A stretch of 63,663 bases of DNA, counting the filler, from Choristocarpus tenellus KU-1152 (Eukaryota > Protista > Phaeophyceae), in the NCBI GenBank assembly GCA_964200185.2. It is 12 parts of 12 records of this genome, joined end to end, with 100 filler letters (N's around TTAATTAATTAA, not from the genome) between each part and the next. Parts side by side here need not be neighbours in the genome. Positions count along the whole stretch, not along the records: positions 21,892 to 26,183 come from CAXNAD020015254.1; positions 26,284 to 31,965 come from CAXNAD020010028.1; positions 32,066 to 36,964 come from CAXNAD020012614.1; 9 more parts are not named here. One strand, 5' to 3'. The notes beneath the pieces were generated by a model. That model saw only the letters and a list, made by a program, of their open reading frames with translations, did not search any database and was not told where the DNA came from. The position numbers and the translations under genes are program-made. Numbering within the stretch: the first letter of the stretch is position 1; each line of letters begins with the position of its first letter. This document shows, piece after piece, positions 25,001-37,064 of this stretch.

Positions 25001-26116
25001 ATAAACCAAAGATAAGTGTGACTTTGGGACATACCTCAATCACAGCCCGGGTACCACTGCAACTCATCAACAAGACTCAGACTGAAACATTAAGGCATCA
25101 AAGGAGATGCATGCATAATATCAGATACTCCTGAGGAAGATTTGAAACCAACAGAGATCCAGTGTGAACAAGGAATGAAAGAGAAAGAGATCCATTCTAT
25201 TAGCAAGGCCAGAAAGGGTTTGTTGAGAATAGATCATCCATAAAAACACCATCAACCACAAGAACCTCATCATATCTCTCACCTCAGCCAGGCGGGAATC
25301 CATCTGAATTATCTCTGGCGAGCCGTCGTCCACCACCTTCCCACCATCTATTCGATTGCCAAGGAAAACGACTTCCCCCTCCTCTTGCTCTTGCGAAGGC
25401 CCCGCCACACTACCGTATCGATGTTTCTCGGCGGATGGTGTCGGAGGGCAGGAACGGTCGCGTGAGACATCCCTCCTCCGGTTGTGGGTCTTCTGGGCTG
25501 AGGACGGTGTCAGAGGGCAGGAACGATCATGTGAGACATCTCTCCTCCGGTTGTGGGCCTTTTCTGCTGAGGACGGTGTCGGAGGGCAGGAGCGTCCTGT
25601 TGCAGTCGTTAAGCGTTGCGTTCTAGCCTTCGAACGACCTCTCATGCGACCGGAGTGCTTGCTAGCGCATGTTTCTTGGGCAGATCCTTTACACCGACCA
25701 CGGTCGTCTCCCCCACGAGAGGTTTGCCTGGGAGATTTCGTTGCCGGTCCTTCAAATCTCTCTCGAGTATTACGCTGGACCCCACCCACGTAATAGCGAA
25801 CACAGGTGTTCCTTTGGAGTCCACCCACCTCATAGGGAACACTGTAGTGAGTATTGGCGGAGGCCTCGTTATCGCCGACCGCCACATGCTGCCTATGCTG
25901 TCTATGATCCTTTTCCCCATCAGAGGAACGCCGAGGAGACTTCGGTGTAGGTCCTCCTCTTTCTTGAGCATTCCACTGGACTTGACCCGAAGGATACGAA
26001 ACACCGCCCAGGGAACTGGCACGGGTTGCGCCAGGAGCATGTTCCTGTATGAGTCCTTGCCCATTGCTCGAGGCATGTTCAAGATGGTTCTTGGGAGGGT
26101 CAGAATGTCGCCGATC
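22007..26116 (-). CDS. Internal part of a PIN-domain (Swt1/PIN_4-like) ribonuclease gene; exons 25283-26116, 24605-24746, 24173-24321, 23219-23414, 22007-22206
   Basis: All five exons join with GT-AG and consistent phases. The last reads KLVVFDTNWLIHNLH...ILLPKEVVQELDRKK (PIN motifs DTN and VxxELD). A coiled-coil-like exon and a disordered exon precede it. Confidence 0.82.
25425..25595 (-). repeat. Coding tandem repeat, 69 nt / 23 aa, about 2.5 copies (RSCPPTPSSAEKAHNRRRDVSHD)
   Basis: Visible in DNA and in the ORF translation. Confidence 0.9.
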
Positions 26117-26283
26117 CTGTGGTAGTGGTAGTGTTATACAATGCTGCACAGTTTGCGTGTATTGGGGGGGCTGTGGAAGGGGGNNNNNNNNNNNNNNNNN
26201 NNNNNNNNNNNNNNNNNNNNNNNNNNNTTAATTAATTAANNNNNNNNNNNNNNNNNNNNNNNNNNNNNNNNNNNNNNNNNNNN

Positions 26284-26343
26284 GCAACATTTGATTTCGG
26301 CCCCCGAATGGACACGGCCCTACCCTCTAAGATACTTTGACTC
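26284..26343 (+). mobile_element. MITE family A, 3' end at contig start
   Basis: ...ggccctaccctctaagatactttgactc. Confidence 0.85.
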
Positions 26344-26398
26344 GAAAAACGTTGTTGTGCACAGATTTTGAAGGGGCATTTGCAACCAAAGGTGTATC

Positions 26399-28329
26399 TT
26401 ATGGGGGTGGGAGTCTTTCGACGTTAGCAGTATACATGGATCCGTCCCACTTAAAAACAAGAGGAAGACCCTCCCCAACACATATATGATACTCATCGCC
26501 AGTTCCCTTTATGGTCACTTCTTGAGCCAGACCAGCAGAATATGAAGAGATAATATTGAAGGTAATCGTCGGCACTAGTGCAGCAGACGCCAAAGTAACA
26601 TGCACCCACTCATCGCGGCCAACATTGAAATTCAAATCAATTTTGCCATACCCTACAATGGGTAGTGATGTCCCTTCAGCCACCGTCATGTTGTGGCCTT
26701 GTGGACATGTGGTGAAATCATACATGCACATCGAGTCTTTCGTCACACTATTGGAGCCCTCCGAATCAAAACACACCTTGTTTCGAGAGCATTCAAACTC
26801 ACCTTGCCATTGTCAGCCACAGCGGCTAACATGATCTTGAATTTCCGCGCACCTCCTTTTCTACCTGGTGCCATCCACGGTCCAGGTAAGTTATCCGTCG
26901 ACTCTAACAGGGTTCCCTCCTCTGGCGACCGACAGCCTCCAGGTACCCTTTGCTCCCACAGCTGTGACACCATCCTTCAAAAGTGCAAGAACCGGTGTTT
27001 CTGACCAAACCACAGTTGAAATATTTTACAATTGCCCTGGTCTCACTCCTGGCACAGGATCCTGTCGTACCACGGTCTGTACGATGACCCTCGTACCTTG
27101 GCCGCCTCCTCGGCTGACTCGTTTTTGACTCCTCGTTGAGCTCGTAGTCCCTACGGCGGGAGCCCTCCCAGGCTCTCCGCGATCAGCTACCTCTCATTGG
27201 AAAGAGAAGTCGTGCGAACGAGCAGCGTTTGGATCGTAGCTCTCAAACGCTCCCTTTTATTATGATGTTGGAAGTAGTGTTTGGTGATCGTGTAATCATC
27301 ATCCATACAGTCTAGCATGGCGATGTGTAGCACCTGTTCGGACATCATATGCCCCATCATTGACATCTGGTCAACCCAGTCCAGCATCATCATAGAAGTG
27401 ATTTTGGGGTCTGACCCCGTGGCACCTTGACCGTCATCACCTTCTTTTGGAGCCTTGCTATCTCCTAGTCTGAGTGGATTTGATACAGGCGCCCCTCAGA
27501 ACTCACCTCCATAGGATATGCAACTCAAATCCAACGACCTTAAAACGACGCCACGAGGGGGGTCCAGAGAAGATAACCGCGTACGGTGTCAGCTTGGTGT
27601 TTATCTCAGTCAATGTCTCGCTATTCGCTTTATCAAAAGAGGTGCATCAGAAGAACTGAGGGCGTGGTGACCCGCATCAGCCTTCTATTAGCATAATCCA
27701 CCATTTTTCTACAGCCAAAGAGTTAAGTGAAGTCTGCAAACTGCTAAGTAGATACTTCAATCATAAATTTTATTCTGCGACTTCCAGGAATTGACATTTA
27801 TTCTGTATGATTATGTTTGAATTTCACATCTTACTCTGCATCTCCTGTCAAATCATCATTTATTCTGTAAGGCTACCTATGTGTTATGTACTAATATCGT
27901 ATATTGTTCGCACTTGTTAGAACGCCAGAAATAATGCTCACATTATATATCTGTCACAAATGTTCGTGTTTGCAAAAACATGGGAAGAAATGCTCGCGCT
28001 ATTCGCCTGTAACATATTAAGAAATGTTCCCTCAGCTGCTGCCAAGCTTCCGATGGTGACGCTGGATTGCGGACAATGTACCTGTAGAAGCAGGTGGTGC
28101 TTCTAAACAAAACATCATAAGCCTTCTTGGCCTTGGTGAATTCCTCTTCACTCACATCCTCCCTCTTAATGAAATCAACATCACCCACTCTAAGAGGGCA
28201 ATCCTTGTACTCCAACGACTCGTTGATATTGCCCTTAGCACCCAGGAAGGCACATGTAGTGGCGAACCAGTCCGCATAGTTGTCGTCCGTAAGTTGAAGG
28301 AGTTTGGTATGAAACCCATCTGAGGCCAT
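26399..28329 (-). mobile_element. Degenerate Ty1/Copia gag-protease region
   Basis: Gag N-terminus LTDDNYADW...FLGAKG, PSEAWQQLREHF; protease-like CFDSEG...MYDF...VAEGTSLPIVGYGKIDL...LVPTITFNIIS; stops and frameshifts. Confidence 0.8.
27481..28014. mobile_element. 534-bp TG...CA insert (solo LTR or short-TIR element) nested in Copia gag
   Basis: Ends TGATACAGGCG / CGCCTGTAACA (11-bp inverted repeat, one mismatch); flanks GATT/TATT; removal rejoins the gag frame. Confidence 0.75.
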
Positions 28330-30629
28330 GAGTGATGTAATACCAACTTAAACCAATCCAGTTCAGCTGCACCTCCCCTAGCTAGAGTTTGTTGATTAGA
28401 CCCTTAAGTGTGTTGATAAGCTTTGCACATGTAAGGCTTGTCGCACAAAGCTGCTGGTTGAGTTACATGGTAAAAATAAAACATACACTGAATTATTAAT
28501 TGCCCGCCAGGTGTCCAATATTGCTGACGTATGGATAAATACTGACTCATCATACCTTTTTGCGCGTTAGAACTTTGTATTGTACAAAACCAAAGATGAA
28601 CGTACATGAAACCTATGTTATATACTTGTATCAGCACATACAACGTAAGGATAACACTAGGTTATTCGACACGCAAGGGACCACTCCAGCTATGGAGGGA
28701 TGTTCAGTGCTGGCGATGAACTGGTGTTCGTTAGAACTTTTAGTGAAGCCCTGTGCTAGAAGTTCTAACAAGGGCTAACCCCGGGGATCGCAAGCTGTTA
28801 GATTTGGTGAGGTTTCGCCCGAGGGTTCCTGTCCCTATGATCAGTAGCTAATTTCGGGGGGGCAATTTACTAAAGTGAGGTGGTGTATCCTGGCGGCGTG
28901 TTTAGCCTTTTGTCGGATGTGTAACCATATCGAGTTTTGATCCCACAAGAGTAGAGTTTGTTAGAACTTTTGGTAAACCCTTGTGCTGCCGAGCAGGTCG
29001 TCAGCTACCCCCCTCCCAGATAGTTTAACGGAACTCGGGTGAGAAAGGAGCTTGCAAAAGTTGTGTTACATTTAATTCCGCACAGAGGAAGTATGTTGCA
29101 GACCCCAGTCCATTGTAACTTTTTTGTGGTGTATCACTCAGATTGGTGTGTCCAGCTATAATTCATCCCACGTTTTTAGTTGGTGATAGTGTTTGGATTG
29201 TAAATTGTATACATGTGTAAGTACTTCTGTCTCCATATCCAACTCCCTTGCAATGCCTGTTACCACAGGACTTAGCATATATTTCCCAGCAGTATCTTGG
29301 CTGGACTCATCCACACTTCTCCCACTTGGACCTGGCCCCACTTCATCAGGTATCAAATCCCCTTCCCCGAAGGCATTGAAGAAGGCCAGCAAGCAGCTCA
29401 AACGCGTGAGGGTGTTATCCTTGCAGGTGGTTCTTGACACCTACGCCGGAAAGATGCAAAACCTTATCTACTGTGGGGGGACCAACCTGGTTTCTACCAA
29501 CACCTGAAAGACTTTGATGTGGAGAGAACCAGACAGGCTGCCTGACTATTTACTATGGGAGCAAACACCGTTCGTGGACTGGTGTAGGAGATAGTTCAAG
29601 TGCTCCTTAAGACCAGGACCATTGACCTCAACCCTCATAGTACTGAATATTAAAACATAGGCTACTCTATGTTTGTTCCTTAATACGATACAACTCCACC
29701 AATCAACATTGACTGTTGATTGGTCTGGTACGCTCTGGACGTGACTGTCACAAGTTCGTCATCACCATGTCAATTACCATTAGAACACCGTAGTACAGAA
29801 CAGTCGCTCTGCGTTCCACACGCAAGAATAGTATACGTTACTTGAGCTGCATCACATATTGGTTCAAGTTTGTTCTGTTGTTCCCTTGTTTGTTTTTCTT
29901 CACTCTTTCTTCTTATCAGCAGAAGATGACAGTTTTATGTTGATTGTTGATTATTATTTCTTTCGTGTGGCATTGATCATTCACAATGCACCAAGCTCAC
30001 TCTACAATGAGTGCACCAGGTGCACACCAGGATGGAATATAATCCGAGTTAAAGCCATCTGCGGAAACCCTTGTCAGTCAAGGTAACAAGCCTCTCCACA
30101 GAGCATGAACTTCTTTCGTTGAGTATCTCATTGAAAGAATACTGAATCCACATCACATAATTCTGGATTGAGCACCAAGAATACTGAATTCACATCTCAT
30201 CATTCTTGACTGAGAGATCAATGACCTCAGTTACAATAGAATAAATACATCGGTGCTTTGCGGCACAATCACATCTATCCATAATATAGACTACACATAT
30301 CACTCATCGGTGCTTTGCAACACCATGATTCCTCATCACTCGTAGTCTATATGCATTTTGCTTACATGTACGATGTATTCGATTCAGGTTTGAACAGATT
30401 ATGAGCCTCAACACTTGATCGACACATACAACAACACATTTTCCCGACCTAGTCTTGCACTTGTCGATTCAGGTTTCAACACTGAAGTCCTCGACCATTG
30501 ACCCACCACATCTATGGCTCTTGCTAATGCACCAACAATGATGGAGGTGACTGAAACATTCTGGTCCAGGTAGTGGAAAATGGGAAGGATGTGGATAGGT
30601 CCCAACAATAGCTCCTTTTTAAAACTTAG

Positions 30630-31935
30630 TCAATTTGAGAAAGATGTGACTATCCTCCAGCGTTTCCATAAAATCATGTTGGCTCTGTGGAACCAGGAAG
30701 GCTGTGCTACAGGCCTGGAAGGATGCGCCTATGGCCATGCTCTACAAGAATAAGGAGCAAACTAATCTTGGCTACTACAGAGCCATTTATTAGTAGCACA
30801 TGCTGACAAAGTCCTTCTCAAGGTTGTTGCACTATAGCTAGGAGGTTTCCTGGAACAGAAGAACGTAACTCGTGAGAAACCTGTGCGGTTTCCAGCCCTC
30901 ACTCTCTACAATAGACATGATGTGTAATTGCCGTCCAAGAGCTTGGGCGAGAAAAACATGTACTCTATTCATGTGTTTTATCTATATATAGAAAGCTTGT
31001 GACTCTGTCGATCTTGACCTCCTGTGAGTTGTGCGGGCCAAATTTGGAGTGCCTGGGAGAAATATGTCTGACATCCACCAATTCCATGATAGAATGAGGG
31101 CACATGTTTGCATGGATAATGGCGAGTGCAAAGGTTGGTTTGAGGTTGTACAGGACCTTCGGCAGGGGTGTGTTCTTGCTCGGATCCTTTCCAACATATT
31201 TACTATAGTGCTACGTGTGGCAGTTTAGATGTTCACCTCTGACTTGGCCATCTCCAAGGAGCTTGCTGTCATCAAGAGAGCGCCCCACAAACAACCCAAT
31301 AAGAGGAGGAGTGTTGAACTATCCCACACTGGACCCGCGGCTTTTATGGTGCTTTAATGAAGGACAAAGAACAGCTTGATATAGATGAGTAAGGTTAATA
31401 TTACAAGGGCCTTTGTGGTCTCGATTCCGCAGACTGAGAAGGTGGGTAAGACCAGTGCAGCCTACCATGTGGGATTTGCAACGTCCACATGAATAATCAG
31501 AACATAATCACATCTACTTATCACACGTGCCATACATGATATATCAACTGATGATCAAGTNNNNNNNNNNCATACACATAAACGTTGTGTAGAGCCCAAC
31601 TGAAATATACGGAAACATATATCTGGCTCTACCTTCCTCCATTACTCCACTATTCCTTTACTCCATTACTCCATTATTCTACTGGTGGTGTTTATCTTTC
31701 CTAATATACTCCACCGATGGTGTCTATAGTGTATCAGCTGCACTATCTACGAACAAGGAGCACCAGGGGGTGAGACAATACATGGGTGGATTGTGTTGGG
31801 TATGCTTTAGGGCGACGATGTTGGTATTGTCTCCAAGACCCAAGTAGGTTTGGGCAGGAAGATGACAGTCCTTGTAAATGTGGCGAAATCATTCAGTCTG
31901 ACTCTATCGATATTAAAGACGGAGACTGTGCCGTT
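30630..31935 (+). mobile_element. Degenerate LINE (RTE-like) reverse transcriptase
   Basis: Motifs WKDA...LYKNK, YRAI..VAHADKVLLKV, CGFQP..STIDM, KACDSVD, WFEVVQDLRQGCVLA and GDD (from YADD); many lesions. Confidence 0.85.
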
Positions 31936-32065
31936 GCCCTCCTATTGTAGCTGCAATATCTGGGGNNNNNNNNNNNNNNNNNNNNNNNNNNNNNNNNNNN
32001 NNNNNNNNNTTAATTAATTAANNNNNNNNNNNNNNNNNNNNNNNNNNNNNNNNNNNNNNNNNNNN

Positions 32066-32269
32066 CAGCAACAGAGTCTGTATCGCTTGCAACAAAGGCC
32101 TTCCTCTACATCAACAGAGAAAGAGAACTCAACCAACACAGCAACAGAGTCTGTATCGCTTGCAACAAAGGCCTTCCTCTACATCAACAGAGGAAGAGAA
32201 CTCAACCAACACAGCAACAGAGTCTGTATCGCTTGCAACAAAGGCCTTCCTCTACATCAACAGAGGAAG
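32066..32269. repeat. 73-bp tandem repeat, about 2.8 near-identical copies
   Basis: Units start at 32066, 32139 and 32212. Confidence 0.95.
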
Positions 32270-32801
32270 GGGAAAATAATCAACTGCCAACTTCCCAGCT
32301 ATACAACAAGTGTTGCCCATAATCTGAAAAAGGAACCATATGACAATACTCTCAAGGATCTATACTTTTATTTACTTATATATATTATGCATGTAGGTGT
32401 TTTAGAAAGGCACATCACAAATGTGAGCCAAATTAACTGAGAGGGGGGTGCTGCTGTATTTCAAGCACGCGATTTGGGAGTACTCAGTCCATAGGAGTAG
32501 AGTGCAATTTTGCCATTTTATGGCTGCATTAAAGTTTGCAGAAGTTGGGGGGGGTTTTTGTTATGCTTATCGATGCCGTTTTCCAAATGCATTGATCTTC
32601 TTTATAAACAAAGTTGACACAAACCCTTCAAACTCAAAACATCCAAAACACACACCATTTTCAGTTACTTCAACAGAACTGATGCTCACCCTCTTTAGTT
32701 TCAACCTTCATCTCAAGTTGATTTTGTTGCATACCCACCAGTCACATGAGTTCAGAGTCTGTTTTGCTCAGCATATGATGGTAGTATCAAGGATTATTTA
32801 G

Positions 32802-32833
<32 letters not shown>

Positions 32834-33229
32834 TATATAGATATATAATAAAACTAAGTGTTGGTTACAGGGTATTAAAAAAAATAGCAACCCCCCCCCT
32901 CCTCCTTCAGATATCAATGATTCTGAGGCCAAATTGAAGATTTCCGACAACCAGATAGTGGGGATTTCGACAGATTAGTACGATGTTATAACGTCATGCT
33001 GCCATCACAACAATTTATATCGATGGACGGTATGAACTAAATAGCACATACCACCATTGAAGTTCCCGTTAGGTACATGATCCGCTTCCTTCCCCTTATA
33101 CTTCCACTATTGATAAAAATAGCAAATACTCCAACCAAACCAAGTATGCACATGCATGGTAGGAACAAGTGCTTACTGATTCTACCAAAGAGCTAAGACA
33201 TATGCGGGTTAGCGGCATGGACATCAAAG

Positions 33230-34480
33230 ACAAAAACTGCTTTGGAGAGATAGGAGTAGGCGAGTCATATGGGTGGCTGAAGGATTGCATACTAGGTCTC
33301 GAGTCGACCAACACGTGAAAGAGCAATTCAAGATGTTAAACGAGGCAAAAGAACAATAAAGTAGTTGCTTGCAGCCCAACCCATCGCCCTAACGCCTATC
33401 GAATACTGGTAATCTATGGCAAAGGGCAGTAAAAAAATTCCAGTAAGTACCTCGTTTAAACATTCACGAGGTGGTTGGGCATTCTATTTCAGTGGTCTTG
33501 ACTCATAGCCTTTCTGCAACATGAACTGAAAAAAGAGTTATTAAAATAGAGACCCTGGACGAAGCAATGTGAATTCCGGTAGATGAAGGGCAAGAAGAAA
33601 GTCAACTAGGAATTGCAGACATTGCGGAGGAGGGCCGCCTATCGCCCAGCCGCAAATCCACCCAATCTACCTGGTTTTTCCACAGGTCGCTCCCGTTCCA
33701 ACCCTCGGACCAGAACCAAACTAGACCGGTGAGCACAACGTCAATGATCATGGTGAACCATGCTGACCTGAGAAGGCGTGGGGGCGCACGGACATACATC
33801 TCCTTGACGGGCGCATCCGACACCTCGTCATCGGGATTGATCCCTGGATAGAGAAAGCGCAAGTGGGATGAGTTTCATGTTCGAGAATTTCGTTGTACAA
33901 TACGTTCAGCCTCTTGTTTAACATCTTCGACAGTGCTAACAAAGAATGTGTCAGATGGACAAGCATCAACTTTGACACATGCTTCTTGTGCAAGGTGAAT
34001 CTAAGAGAGCCTGCGCAACTTTTTGTACCAATCTGGACTGGCCTCACCATAATAGCCGCCCCTCATTGTAAGAAGTCAATATTAGCTCCGATGCTACTGC
34101 AGCACTGAGTTCTTGTCAACCAGACCTTCCAGCGTGCTGCAGTAACCCCAACCAGGGAAATCGACAGATCAAGGACTTACCACAATTTGATACAATAATT
34201 GGCCACGGGGTCTTAAGGATTGAGTATAGTAGTAGTACCATTTTAAGGCAAGCATAAATTGGAAATAGGCATGTCAGGAAATAAGGCGTGTTATTTTTTG
34301 GTTGACAGTTGTTCCATCTCAACTTCAATTCCAAACTTGTCAGGGTCGTCTTGGAGACACATGTCCACCAGTTCTTCTCCTGTCACGTGACTAAGGCTGT
34401 GGAAAGCATACTATCCCAAATTTCTTATATGGTTCCATTGCAATGTATAGCGTCATACCACCGCATCGAATTTCCACCAA
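33230..34480 (-). mobile_element. Decayed intronless coding remnant, possibly a hAT-like transposase
   Basis: Chain of broken reverse-strand ORFs; only a weak resemblance to the hAT C-terminal dimerisation motif near 33270-33360. Confidence 0.25.
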
Positions 34481-36000
34481 GCGGAAAACGAGAAATTTGT
34501 AAATTTTTTACTAAATACTTCTATTATATATTGTTATGCCCTCTGACATTTTGCAGATGTGTGAGGGGGAGGGAGGAAACCAAGACCAGAACCATACCGC
34601 AAAAACTACATCTGTAGATACAAGTGTTGCCATCGTTAATACTGAGGCACCTCCCTAAAATATACTGCGTACAATCTGAAAGCTAGCATTACAAAAATAT
34701 CCCCTTGCATGTTGTTCTCTACTAAATATTTGCACTCCGATATGCTTCTTCTAACCTAACCCCACGCCCATAAAGCTCCATCAAATGCAATATAGGTACA
34801 AATCTCGCATACAACCTAAAATACGTTTAAACAACCCGAGAACAAAGACCCTATCGTTGTACATCCAACATATCACCACAGCCCGAAAAAAATACGACCA
34901 CCTCGTGTAGTTTTGGGCATAAAGCTTTTACATCAGATACTAAAATACCGTATCAAACTATCCAATTTCACGTTCAAGTTTTATTAGATAGAACTATACA
35001 CCTGACCAAATTAATGTATTGATTTTCATTGCCCAAGTGCATTTTGTTTCACGATTTTAGGGCCTGGAAGTGTATGTACTACACATTATCTCAAGGGATG
35101 CCCTAGAATTGGGCAAATCTAGGGCACCGTTCTCGGTTGTGTGCATATTACCTTAATAACGGACACATATTCGACGATGCCAAGCTTTCCCCCTGGCCTG
35201 CCAATTGGAACACAGTCTCACCCGCCCCCCCAATCTTCCCACTTTTGGTAGTCATCTGAGAAGGCTGAGCTTGCTAGTTAAGGGCTATAGCTATATACCT
35301 AAGCTTATTTTCCATCAAACCCTTGTAGCCACTGGCAGGAAACAATATGTTTCAGCTCAACGAGTTGAAGTCTTATCCTGCTGGCAAATGCGAAGAAACT
35401 CAATTCTGTCAGAAAAAGTTTAAGTGAGAACCACTACAAAGGAAATAGGTTCTCCTTCGAAAGATAGTTCTAGTTAGACCCCCATCAATAGGTCATCGAG
35501 CCACTCCCAGTCTTATTCTAGGGGTTAATCAAGACAATCCAACAGCCCTCATCATAGTTCAGAAAAATAGCGGTCAAAACCACCTTCAACCAACATCATT
35601 TGGTCTTCATAGAATATAATATAATCAACGTACAGTTTGATTGTTTCTCACGTGTTAACCAATCAAATATGTCCAAACTCAGATGCAGGAAACAGATGGC
35701 TTGGCGTCACCATCTGTTCAGACGGGCGTCACATCACTTAACACCATTGCATCATTCCTCACCCTTCGAGTTATGAATGCCCCAGACCATGAGTCTGTTG
35801 AGTTTGGTTAGGACTTTTTGGGGGTAATTGGTACAAAACAATTGGATCCATATGTAGTAGTACACTGGAGCAAAAGTGGTGTGAATCGTATTGATTGAAT
35901 GTGCCCGGCTTGAATAATATTGTGTGTGGTAGTATTGGGATAGAAATTTTCAGACCCATCTTTTCCCGTATTATATATTATCGGACTTTGTTTTTTCTTA

Positions 36001-36118
36001 GAATGTTTGTAGGGGAGAACATGGAAGGGGCAACTCATATCCGAATTTGTTTTACTTCGAATGTTTGGAGGGGAGAACATAGAAGGGGTATTTCATATCC
36101 AAATTTGTTTTACTTCGA
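36001..36118. repeat. 58-bp tandem duplication
   Basis: gaatgtttg(t/g)aggggagaacat...atttgttttacttc, two copies. Confidence 0.9.
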
Positions 36119-36730
36119 GCGAATGTTGAAAAGAACAAGATAAAATGTGGGTTCACCATGGCATAGGCGGTTGTGGGTTGTGGGTTGTGGGTTTTTGTTG
36201 AAAGAAGGAATTGGAGTTGCAGATATACAGGCTAAGGTAAAAAGGAGGGTACAGAGAGTGAAGAATCAATGTATTCGGTGTTGTGGTGATTGAGCCCCTG
36301 AGTCTGTGCAAATTGTCAACTAAAACTCAAATCCACAAAATGGAGAACGAGCAGGCCAGACAAATCAGGATGAAGTCATGGAGTACCCGGCCAGCAGGCT
36401 CATTAGCCCAAAGAGGAAGGAACAGACGGGGCATTGGTGTTGATCCGACAGTTTCTGACAAGAAAGTAGCAACATAAATTCGCTATTGTGGAGCTAAAGG
36501 TGGGCAAGATGGAGCTATAATCAGGAATGACTGAGCTCAAGTTGACCCTGAAAGACCCATCGGGCCAGATTGCTGCATCAACCGTCCAGATTGACCAGGG
36601 TGGGCAATGGGGCCAGTGGTACCATCAGGGGAGAATCTTGCCGAAAAGGGCTTGCAAAACTTTGGCAAAAATGGCACGGCAGTAAGGGCAGGGATGCTTT
36701 GCAGTGAGTGGTGTGCTGTGACCCCTTCCA

Positions 36731-36964
36731 GGCTCAAAGTATCTGGGGGGGGGGTGGTGGCTGTCCATTTGGGGCCGATTTTTTCATGTCGCGGTTATTG
36801 GGTGATTTGTCTGCATGCTTCAGATGGATAGTGTAAGTGCGCTTTTCCTGGTTATGGACCAAATGGACACCCTGGTGTAGAGCCCCCCACCCCCACCCCC
36901 CCCCAAGGGTACCCAACAAAGTATGGCTCAAAGTATCTGGGGGATCGGGGTAGCTGTCCACTTG
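36731..36964 (+). mobile_element. MITE family B copy plus the start of a second copy at 36925
   Basis: Homologous to 58100-58279. Confidence 0.85.
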
Positions 36965-37064
36965 NNNNNNNNNNNNNNNNNNNNNNNNNNNNNNNNNNNN
37001 NNNNNNNNTTAATTAATTAANNNNNNNNNNNNNNNNNNNNNNNNNNNNNNNNNNNNNNNNNNNN

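Noticed and set aside
25356-26125. Several long overlapping ORFs on the + strand and in alternative frames
   Set aside because: They are shadows of the GC-rich minus-strand exon 25283-26116.
29156-29700. Broken minus-strand ORF upstream of the Copia gag
   Set aside because: No recognisable motif, so it cannot be assigned.
32066-32269. 73-bp repeat as a CRISPR array
   Set aside because: The copies are head-to-tail with no unique spacers; it is a minisatellite at a contig edge.
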